Assembly: GCA_963750165.1 (NCBI GenBank)
Contig: CAVVPN010000012.1
Span: 32,001-96,000 of the forward strand
Direction: 5' to 3'
DNA from: an uncultured Gemmataceae bacterium
GTDB taxonomy: Bacteria > Planctomycetota > Planctomycetia > Gemmatales > Gemmataceae
Length of the DNA stretch: 64,000 nt
Both the position numbers and the translations under genes were made by a program. This document shows, one piece after another, positions 55,360 to 63,032 of this stretch (positions within the stretch are counted from its first letter, which is position 1; every line of letters begins with the position of its first letter). Under the pieces are notes generated by a model. It was not told the DNA's origin. It was given only the letters and a program-made list of their open reading frames with translations, and searched no databases.

Positions 55360-55590
55360 AGGTGAGGCGGTGGTGAGGCGGCGGTGACGGTGGTGACGAT
55401 AGTGACGGTCGATTTTCAGCACCTTGTTTTGTCCGAAACAGCTTTGTGGTGACGCTGGTGACGATGGTGACGGTCAAACCCCTTTGTTCCCTTCTCAGAA
55501 ATTTGGAACGAGGCAATGAGAGTAGGGGACAGAAAAGAGTGAAGGTGTAACAGAGGGAAACGACCGTCACCATCGTCACCACCGTCACCA
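55360..55590. repeat. Iteron-like GTGACG arrays, putative replication origin
   Basis: Two direct arrays (ggtgacggtggtgacgatagtgacggtc; ggtgacgctggtgacgatggtgacggtc) and one inverted array (gaccgtcaccatcgtcaccaccgtcacc) around an A-rich spacer. Confidence 0.7.
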
Positions 55591-55671
55591 ACCCCTTGGC
55601 CGGTCTGGGGACAGGGGTAGCCGTAAAAAACGAGGTGGAAGCGTAGCAAGGCGTCACAAGGAGGAGCAGTC

Positions 55672-55824
55672 ATGACCAAGAGCAAAGACAAGGTGGGCAG
55701 CTTCAACTTCGGATTCAACGCCAAGGGGGCCAAGAAGTCCAAGGGCGCCGCCAAGGGCGGCAAGGGTAAGGGTGGGGGCAAGGGCAAGTCCAACGCCTGG
55801 CGCGCCTACACGGGGGGCAAGTAA
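55672..55824 (+). CDS. 50-aa Lys/Gly-rich basic peptide (not in the ORF track)
   Basis: GGAGGAG SD; MTKSKDKVGSFNFGFNAKGAKKSKGAAKGGKGKGGGKGKSNAWRAYTGGK; TAATG overlap with the next gene. Confidence 0.75.
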   Translation: MTKSKDKVGSFNFGFNAKGAKKSKGAAKGGKGKGGGKGKSNAWRAYTGGK

Positions 55825-56456
55825 TGGCCCGTTTCAGCCCCCGCCGTACCCACTTCGGCGACCAGCGTGACGCCGACGACGACGGCGCCGACATGCCAAA
55901 GCCAGCCCTGGCCCGGCTGCAAGCCCGGAGAGCGGCAGGTATTCACGAGGCCGCCGAGGTGTTGGAACAACTCCCAGGCCCCGGCGAAAGCCTGCATGCC
56001 ATGGTGACGGCGCGTCTGGACCTGACGGACGTGATCAATGCACTGCTGGAAAAGTTGGGGCGCTGCGACCGGATGCTGGTCGCCACGCTCGGCTACAACC
56101 GCCGCAACCTGCGGACGCTGCTGGCCTGGCTGGACGGGGGAAGGATTGCAGAGTTGCAGCTGGTGGCGTCCATCTTCTTCAGGTCGCACAACGGCGACCT
56201 CTGGGACGAGACGCTCGAAGAATTCCGCAGGCGCAAGCAGCGGGCCGCCTGCTGCCATTCGCACGCCAAGGTGGTGGCCCTGCAGTTCGACAGCGGCGCC
56301 CGCCTCTCCATCGAAGGCAGCGCCAACCTGTGCGGCAACGGCAGCGGGCGCGAGCAGTTCGCGCTCATCAACGACGCCGAACTTTGCTCGTGGCATTCAA
56401 CCTGGATTACAGCCCTGGTGAAGAAGCATGAAGGCCAGAGCGAAGCAGCCGGATAA
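55824..56456 (+). CDS. PLD-superfamily (HxK...GSAN) nuclease-like protein
   Basis: HAKVVALQFDSGARLSIEGSANL. Confidence 0.7.
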   Translation: MARFSPRRTHFGDQRDADDDGADMPKPALARLQARRAAGIHEAAEVLEQLPGPGESLHAMVTARLDLTDVINALLEKLGRCDRMLVATLGYNRRNLRTLLAWLDGGRIAELQLVASIFFRSHNGDLWDETLEEFRRRKQRAACCHSHAKVVALQFDSGARLSIEGSANLCGNGSGREQFALINDAELCSWHSTWITALVKKHEGQSEAAG

Positions 56457-58266
56457 GGCGCTGATGCGGCGGCGCGTCGAGGAGATCGTCCGCATCCGCC
56501 TGGACGGAGCGGAGTGGTGGGACTGCTGCGAATATGTGCATGAAAAGGAGCGGGAAGACGGCTCCGCCTGGCACCTGGCCGACGGCGCCAAGCCCTTGAG
56601 CAATGCGTCCTTGCGCCGCTACCTGGCGAAAGCCGACCAGCTGATTGCCGAGAGTTGCCGCGCGTCCCGCAAGAAACTGCTCCGCCGGCACCTGGCCCAG
56701 CGCCGCCACCTGTACGCCAAGGCGGTCAGCCAGGGCGACGTGCGGGCGGCGCTGGCCGCGGCGGCAGGCGTGCCGGAGCGCGTTGAAGAGCTGGCGAAGG
56801 ATTTGCTGGCGCACTTCCTGGCCCGCACGGCGACACTCAAGGGCAAGGCGATGGTGGTGTGCATGACGCGGGCGAACTGCGTCAAGTTGCACAAGGCGCT
56901 GACGGACTTGCCGGGCTGTCCCGAAGTGCGCGTCATCATGACCGGCGACCTCGGCGAAGACCCGCCGGCGTGGAGCGCCGCCGGCCACCTGACGACCAAA
57001 GCTCAGCGCGAGGCGCTGAAGCAGCGCATGATCGACCCGGACGACCCGCTGCAAATCGTGATCGTCTGCGACATGTGGCTGACGGGAACGGACATCCCGT
57101 GTCTGCACACGCTCTACGTCGATAAGCCGATGAAGGGCCACAACATGATCCAGGCGATTTCGCGCGTGAACCGCGTGTTCCGCGACAAGCCGCACGGCCT
57201 GGTGGTGGACTACATCGGCATCGCCGACGAGCTGCGAGCGGCGACCGCTCAGTACACGCAGGGCGGCGGCCAGGGCGAGCCGGCGAAGGATGTGGAGAGG
57301 GACGCGCGGCCGCTGTTCCTGGAGTGTTTGGAGGCGGTGCGCGGCCTGCTGCCGGAGGGCCAGGATTACGGCGCCTGGCGGGCGCTGCCGCCGATCGGGT
57401 TGGATGACCTGTACGCGCTGGCTTACGGCCACCTGGCGGCGGAAACGGCGCTGCGCGACCAGTTTTTGCAGGCGGAAATGCGGTTGTCGGTGGCGTACCT
57501 GTTGGTCAAGCACCTCGACGATTGCCTGGACTTCGCGGATGAGGTGATTTTCTACCAGCGGACGCGCAAGCAGATTGTGAAGACCCTGCCGGGAACGCAC
57601 CCGCCGCGGGAGTTGGAGCAAGCGGTGCGCGACCTGGTGGACGACTCGGTGGCGTCCACGGGCGTGGTGGACATTTTCAAGGTGGCGGGCATCGACCAGG
57701 CGGACATTTCCATCCTGGACGACCGCTTCCTGCAAACCTTCAAGGATCATCCGCACCCGGACCTGCGGTTGCAGTTGTTGACCAAGCTGTTGCAGGATGC
57801 GATTACCCTGCGCCGCCGCCGCAACCTGGCGCAAGCGCGGTCATTCCAGGAGTTGCTTGAGCAGACCTTGCAGCGCTACCACAACCGACTGATCGACGCC
57901 GCGGCGGTGATCCAGGTGTTGCTGGACATCCGCAAAGACATGGAAGCGGCCGACGCGCGAGCCGAGGCGCTGGGCCTGGAACCGGAGGAACTAGCGTTCT
58001 ATGACGCGGTGGCGGCGCAGTACGGCAGTCTTTACGAGCCGACGTTTCTGCGTGACCTGATCCACCAGGTAGTGCAGACGATTCGGAAGAACCTGAAAGT
58101 GGACTGGACCGAGGGGCACCGTGAGGACGTGAAGGCGGCGGTGAAGGCCGCCGTCAAGCGCGTGCTGCGAAAGCAGGGCGTGCGCGAGGAAGACCTGGAG
58201 CCGTTTCTTGACAAGTTGATCGAGCAGGCAGAGGCGCTGTTCAAGCACTGGCCGGTGGCGGCGTGA
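56428..58266 (+). CDS. Chimeric ORF: phage-like N-terminal ~110 aa fused to the C-terminal half of type I restriction subunit R (helicase C + DUF3387-like)
   Basis: After ~56760: GKAMVVCM, IVCDMWLTGTD, LYVDKPMKGHNMIQAISRVNR, GLVVDYIG, ELAFYDA, VDWT; the nuclease and DEAH motifs are absent. Confidence 0.85.
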   Translation: MKARAKQPDKALMRRRVEEIVRIRLDGAEWWDCCEYVHEKEREDGSAWHLADGAKPLSNASLRRYLAKADQLIAESCRASRKKLLRRHLAQRRHLYAKAVSQGDVRAALAAAAGVPERVEELAKDLLAHFLARTATLKGKAMVVCMTRANCVKLHKALTDLPGCPEVRVIMTGDLGEDPPAWSAAGHLTTKAQREALKQRMIDPDDPLQIVIVCDMWLTGTDIPCLHTLYVDKPMKGHNMIQAISRVNRVFRDKPHGLVVDYIGIADELRAATAQYTQGGGQGEPAKDVERDARPLFLECLEAVRGLLPEGQDYGAWRALPPIGLDDLYALAYGHLAAETALRDQFLQAEMRLSVAYLLVKHLDDCLDFADEVIFYQRTRKQIVKTLPGTHPPRELEQAVRDLVDDSVASTGVVDIFKVAGIDQADISILDDRFLQTFKDHPHPDLRLQLLTKLLQDAITLRRRRNLAQARSFQELLEQTLQRYHNRLIDAAAVIQVLLDIRKDMEAADARAEALGLEPEELAFYDAVAAQYGSLYEPTFLRDLIHQVVQTIRKNLKVDWTEGHREDVKAAVKAAVKRVLRKQGVREEDLEPFLDKLIEQAEALFKHWPVAA

Positions 58267-58273
58267 ACGGAAC

Positions 58274-58309
58274 GGAAAGGCAGGGGCGGGCGCCCGCCCC
58301 TGCCTTTCC
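58274..58309. terminator. Hairpin between convergent genes
   Basis: ggaaaggcaggggcggg / cccgcccctgcctttcc. Confidence 0.7.
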
Positions 58310-58316
58310 TTCGCCG

Positions 58317-58631
58317 CTATCCCGCCAATGCCCCGGCGACCTCGCCGAACGCCAGGGCGCGGCGAACCCGATCCGGAGGGATGTCGCGGACGGAGAACCA
58401 CAATCCTTTGCGGGACCGCCGCAGCCAGCGCCGCGGCACGGACACTTCCAGGACCACGACCGCTTCGACCCGGCCGCCGCGGCGGCGAACCGTGTGGAGA
58501 GTTGCCCAAGTGGTCTTGTTGGACGTGTGCAGCCAGACCACCTTGAGCCGGCCCTTGCTCTTGGAGCAGAGCAGACCGCTCTTGAGGATGCTGGGCAAAT
58601 TGCGAACCACCGTCGCATGGCGTAACCACAT
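58317..58631 (-). CDS. Small ADP-ribosyltransferase-fold protein (Tpt1/DarT-like N-terminal signature)
   Basis: LRHATVVRNLPSILKSGL, V.L strand, VVLEV, C-terminal DIPP. Confidence 0.6.
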   Translation of the reverse strand: MWLRHATVVRNLPSILKSGLLCSKSKGRLKVVWLHTSNKTTWATLHTVRRRGGRVEAVVVLEVSVPRRWLRRSRKGLWFSVRDIPPDRVRRALAFGEVAGALAG

Positions 58632-59009
58632 GGGGACCACCTTTCGCGCTGGGTGGCAGGGGGTGGGCGTTCCCCCCTACCGTGGTCCCGTGGTTACACC
58701 TTGCCGGCCGCGATCAGCGCGGCCAACCCGTCACTATGCTTGCAATGGCCGTGGCGAGAATGGCCCTTGCACTCGCACGTCCGGTTCGCCCTGTCGATGT
58801 TGACGCTGTAGGCGGACTCCTCCGCCCCCATCTTCTGCACCGTGAAGCCCCGGCCGTAGTCGGCCGGAACCTCGGTCAGCAGGTAGTCGTCCGCCTGCTT
58901 GCCCACGGTGATCCGCACTACGCCGGGGTTGCCCCCCAAGGGCGCCAGCGCCAGACGGATCGATCGGACCGGGTGTCAGCCCCACATTAGTCGGTAACTA
59001 AACGCATCT

Positions 59010-60200
59010 TTAATTGATGTTTCGTTCCCAGAACGCCAGCCACTGGCCGCGGTCGCTCTTGAACAAGGCCCGCAGGTGGCACAGCTCGTCGGTGCCGTCT
59101 TCGCCCCAGCGCATGCCCGCCAACTTCAGGCGCTGGCCCACCACCGTCTTGCAGCCGCTCTCCACCGGGCCGCTGCCGATCTGCCAGCCTTGGGCCAGGT
59201 AGTGCGGGTAATCCATGCGGTGCTGCTGGTTCTCCAGGTAGGTCGTGGCGTCCTGGTACTTCGCGGCGGCGGCCCGGCCCCGCGGCTGGCCCAGCGCCCG
59301 TAACTGCGCCAGGATGCCCGCGCCGCCTTGCCGCTTCATCGTCTGGCACCACGCCTGCGTCAGCGCCTGGCTGGTCTCGGCGTCACCGGGGTGCAGCGCC
59401 AGCGCCAACTCCTCCAGGTAGCCGGCCGCGTGCCAGAAGTCCAGGATCACCACCAGGTCGGCGCGGTTGAAGTTGGTCCGGAAGAAGTCCTCCAGGCCGG
59501 CGCCGCCGTCACTCAGGGCGATCCACACGTCGGCCGCCTCCATGCCCACCTGGCCGGCCTGCTTACGCAGGCGCAGCCCCAACTGGTCCAGGCTCAGCAG
59601 CCCCGCCAGGTATCGCGCTGGCATCGGCGGCTTGGGGGCGCGGCCCGCGGCGTCCGCGGCGGCCTGCGGTTCGGGCACGGGGTTGTAGACCATCGCCACA
59701 TAAGGCATGCGGCCCTCGGCCGCCCCGCCGCCCGGCGCCTGTTGCGGCACGCTGATCGCGTCCGCGGCCACGTAGGCGCAACGCCGGCCGCGCGCGTCGG
59801 CGTGCCACTCCCAGGCCGCCGGCTGGCCCAGCGTGTGCCCCTGCTCCAGGCAGTCGCCCAGGCGCCGGCCGGCCGCCTCCGTGGTGCGCTGGGCGGTGGA
59901 CTCCCCGACGTGCAGGCCGCTCAGTTCCGGCAGGACCTTCTCGGCGGCCTCGGCGAAGCTGTCGGCCAGCAAGCCCGCCAAGCTGACGACGCGCTCCGCG
60001 GCCGGGGTCAGGCGCTGGGCGCTGAGCCCGACCTCCTGGTCCCAGGGGCACAGCCCGGTGGAGCAGCGGTGACAGCAGTAGTAGGCGCGGGTGCAGTGGA
60101 CCGGCCCGAAGAGGCTGAGCGGCTGCCGGTCGCGGTAGCCCTGGAACTCCGCTGCCTGGCCGCAGGTGGGGCAGGGCACGCTGGAGCCCTGGTAGCCCCT
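59010..60200 (-). CDS. ISKra4 transposase, catalytic part (orfB)
   Basis: CPTC..CHRC, DGGAG, ILDFWHA, RMDYP, IGSGPVESGCK, RLKLAGMRW. Confidence 0.9.
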   Translation of the reverse strand, partial: RGYQGSSVPCPTCGQAAEFQGYRDRQPLSLFGPVHCTRAYYCCHRCSTGLCPWDQEVGLSAQRLTPAAERVVSLAGLLADSFAEAAEKVLPELSGLHVGESTAQRTTEAAGRRLGDCLEQGHTLGQPAAWEWHADARGRRCAYVAADAISVPQQAPGGGAAEGRMPYVAMVYNPVPEPQAAADAAGRAPKPPMPARYLAGLLSLDQLGLRLRKQAGQVGMEAADVWIALSDGGAGLEDFFRTNFNRADLVVILDFWHAAGYLEELALALHPGDAETSQALTQAWCQTMKRQGGAGILAQLRALGQPRGRAAAAKYQDATTYLENQQHRMDYPHYLAQGWQIGSGPVESGCKTVVGQRLKLAGMRWGEDGTDELCHLRALFKSDRGQWLAFWERNIN

Positions 60201-60206
60201 TTTTTT

Positions 60207-61986
60207 CTAGGACAGCAAAGCCGGCTAGACAGCTAACCTGGGTTTGGGTTACGCTTTAGCGCCCCAACCCGGCTTTGATACGTAATGTAATTTCGTCCCG
60301 CGGTTGGTCCCGTTCGTCACGGAACGTTACCGAGGCGTACCGCGAAAAACGAGTTGCGTAGCAAAGCCCCCCAACCCAGGAGCTTGCCATGGCCAGGAAG
60401 GCGCCCCGCCCCGAACCCACCTTCACCCAACACCTGGACGCCTTGTACCAGGACTGCCCCGCCTGCCACCGACGGATGTGGTCCGACTACCGGAACGACC
60501 GCACCGTCGTCACCCTGCTGGGCCTGACACGGCTGGTGCTCCACATCCGCCGCTGCCACACCGCCGACTGCCCACGCCACCTGCAGCCCTACCGGCCCGA
60601 GGCCGAGGGCCGCCACGCCCTGCCCCAGCACGAGTTCGGCCTGGACGTCATCGCCCACCTCGGCGCCCTCCGCTACGCCGAGCACCGCTCCGTCCCCGAG
60701 ATCCACCAGCACCTGGTCGCCCGGGGCCTGGCCATCGCCGAGCGGACGGTCACCAACCTCCTGGAGCGCTACGACGAACTGCTGGCCGTCACCCTGACCG
60801 ACGCCGGCCGCCTGCGCGGGTTGCTGGCCGCGCAGGGCCGCGTCATCCTGGCCATCGACGGCCTGCAGCCCGACGTCGGCCACGAGGTGCTCTGGGTGTT
60901 GCGCGACTGCCTCTCCGGCACCGTCCTGCTGGCGCGCAGCCTGTTGTCCAGCCGGCAGCAGGACCTGGCCGAACTCATCGGCCAGGTGCGCGACGGCCTG
61001 GCGGTGCCGATCACCGGGGTGGTCTCCGACGGCCAGCACTCCATCCGCAAGGCCGTGGCCGAAGCCTTGCCCGGCGTGCCGCACCAACTCTGCCACTTCC
61101 ACTACCTCCGCGAAGCCGCCCGGCCCATCTACGAGGCCGACCGCCACGCCAAGAAGGAACTCAAGAAGCGCGTCCGCGGCGTGCGGCCCCTCGAGCGCCA
61201 GGTGGAGGGCCGCACCGACCCCGAGGCCCAGGCCATCCAGGGGTACTGCGACGCGGTCCGCAGTGCCGTGACCGACGACGGCCGGCCGCCCCTGGAAGCG
61301 TCCGGGCTGAAACTCCACGACCGCCTGAGCGCCGTGGTGGCCAGCCTGGACGGGGTGGCCGAAAAAAGGGGCTCCCGAAAGAACTCGTCCGGCTGAGGCT
61401 GCTGCTCGTGGCGGCGTTGGCGGCCACGGCGCCGCTGTGGCCCCCGGTGCGCGTGGCCTTCGCCTGGGTCTGGCAGGCGGCGCACCTACTGGGCGAACAC
61501 GGCCCCGGGGTGGCCCCAGCCGTGCGGCAGCGCCTGGGTGGTCTGCTCGGGGCGATGACCCGCCACCGCGGGCTGGTCGGGGCGCTGGCGAGCGGGGTCG
61601 AGCACTTCGTGAAGGTCACCCGGAGCTACTGGCCGGGGCTGTTCCACTGCTACGCCGTCGCGGACCTACCGCGGACGAACAACGACCTGGAGCAGTTCTT
61701 CGGCAGCCATCGCTACCACGAGCGCCGGGCCAGCGGCCGCACGGGGGCGTCCCCGAGTCTGGTGCTCCGTGGGGAGGCCCGCGTGTTGGCGGCCGCGGCG
61801 ACCCGGCAGCACGTCTACACAGCGGAAGAGTTGGCGGAGGCAGACCCGGTCAGGCAGGCGGAACTCCGCCAACACCTGGAGTCCCGCCGCCGCCGCCGAG
61901 TCAACCGCACACGGTTCCGTCGCAATCCCCGGGCGTTCCTCCAACAGTTGGAGGAAAAACTGCTCCAGCCGGCTTTGCTGTCCTAG
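60207..61986 (+). mobile_element. Inner IS (family unassigned) with CTAG-bounded TIRs
   Basis: CTAGGACAGCAAAGCCGGCT ... AGCCGGCTTTGCTGTCCTAG. Confidence 0.88.
60389..61986 (+). CDS. DDE transposase, two ORFs with a probable programmed frameshift at GAAAAAAGGGG (~61361-61372)
   Basis: CPAC Zn ribbon, LAIDGLQP, VVSDGQ, QLCHFHYL; orfB PRTNNDLEQFFG; stop TAG lies in the terminal CTAG. Confidence 0.85.
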
Positions 61987-61988
61987 GG

Positions 61989-62199
61989 TTTTTTTCTGCA
62001 GGTGGGCGCTGTAGACCTTGGCGGCCACGCGGAGCAAGAGGGCGCGGAGGTCGAACTCGGTTTGCCCGAAGAGGTGGCGCTCGTCCTTGGAGACGAGCAG
62101 GCGGGCCATGTGCAGCAACTCGTCCGCGGCGGCCTCCTGGAACTCCTGGGCGAGTTGTCCGGCTTCGGCTTCCTGTTCGGGGGTGAGGTCCACGCGCAT
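61989..62199 (-). CDS. ISKra4 transposase N-terminal part (orfA)
   Basis: MRVDLTPEQEAEA..LFGQTEFDLR..LQKK, ending at an A7 slippery run. Confidence 0.8.
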
Positions 62200-62579
62200 G
62201 GGATGCTCCCGGTCTCAAAAGTGGATTTCTTTCCCATTCGGCCGCTTGGCCGTCTCTGAACAAAAATTCTACCAACTCTGGCAACGCTCACACTCGGACC
62301 GGCTTGCTGCGGGGTTTGCGTTGACGGGCGGCCGCGGTTGCGATAGCGTTCATCTTGCGTTCCTTTCATCAGAAGGAATGCCACGGGCCGGGGTGTTGCT
62401 GCACCGCCGGCCCACTTTCGTAAAGCGAGCCCCGTTTGCCTCTCTCTGGTTGGCGCGGCGGGAACCTTCTGCCCCCCGCGCCCGTGTCGCACCCTTCTTC
62501 GCTGGCTGGCTCTGCCGCTGGCTCGCGTCGTGCCGGCTGACCGCCTGGACTTCTGAGGGCCTGGTTGTCAAAGATCGGC

Positions 62580-62646
62580 TTGCAGCCAATTGGCTACACT
62601 GATATAATACGTCCAGTTGGCTACGTTGACAAGTCCATCTGGCTAC
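62580..62646. promoter_or_regulatory. Overlapping opposed sigma70-like promoters with three operator-like boxes
   Basis: + strand TTGCAG-17-TATAAT (62580-62608); - strand TTGTCA-17-TATTAT (62632-62604); CCAnnTGGCTAC boxes ending at 62597, 62624 and 62646. Confidence 0.75.
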
Positions 62647-62675
62647 ATTTTTCGGAATTGTCTTGAGGTGGAGTT

Positions 62676-63032
62676 ATGACGGAATCTGCCTGGAGAGGGG
62701 CGCGGTTGCGTGAGTTGCGGGAACAGAAGGGATTCACCCAGGGCCAGCTCGCCGAACTGGTCGGGGTGAAGCGGGATGCGGTGGCTCGCTGGGAGGCCGA
62801 CGCCAGGGAACCCGGCTGGTCAAACGTCGTGGCGCTGGCGCAGGCCCTCGGCGCGACCTGCCTGGCCTTCCTGGAACCGCCGACGGAACGGGAACCGTCC
62901 GGACCCGGTCGGCCGCCGAAGGCGAAAGAGGAACAGGCGCCACCCGCGCTGAAGCGCCCGCGGGGCCGGCCGAGGAAGGATGCTGGCGATGGGAGCGCTA
63001 CAACGAAGGGGACGAAGGGCAAGCGGCAATGA
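62676..63032 (+). CDS. XRE-family HTH repressor with AT-hook-like tail
   Basis: GAGGTGGAG SD; LRELREQKGFTQGQLAELVGV..VARWE; tail GRPPK and RPRGRPRK. Confidence 0.92.
   Translation: MTESAWRGARLRELREQKGFTQGQLAELVGVKRDAVARWEADAREPGWSNVVALAQALGATCLAFLEPPTEREPSGPGRPPKAKEEQAPPALKRPRGRPRKDAGDGSATTKGTKGKRQ

Larger units (their letters stand above)
58971..62295 (-). mobile_element. ISKra4-family IS, itself interrupted by a second IS
   Basis: Imperfect TIRs GGGTGTCAGC..AGTCGGTA / GAGTGTGAGC..AGTTGGTA; TSD GGACC at 58966-58970 and 62296-62300. Confidence 0.85.
58694..62353 (-). pseudogene. SWIM zinc-finger small protein (109 aa reconstructed) split by nested IS
   Basis: Removing 58971-62295 and one GGACC gives MNAIATAAARQRKPRSKPVRSIRLALAPLGGNPGVVRIT...CECKGHSRHGHCKH; AAGGA SD upstream of 62353. 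Confidence 0.85.

Noticed and set aside
55360..55590. CRISPR array
   Set aside because: The units are 6-9 bp with no unique spacers, and no cas genes are present. No CRISPR-like repeat-spacer array was seen anywhere in the window.
56428..58266. Functional type I restriction-modification system
   Set aside because: Only the C-terminal half of HsdR is present, with no hsdM or hsdS in the window.
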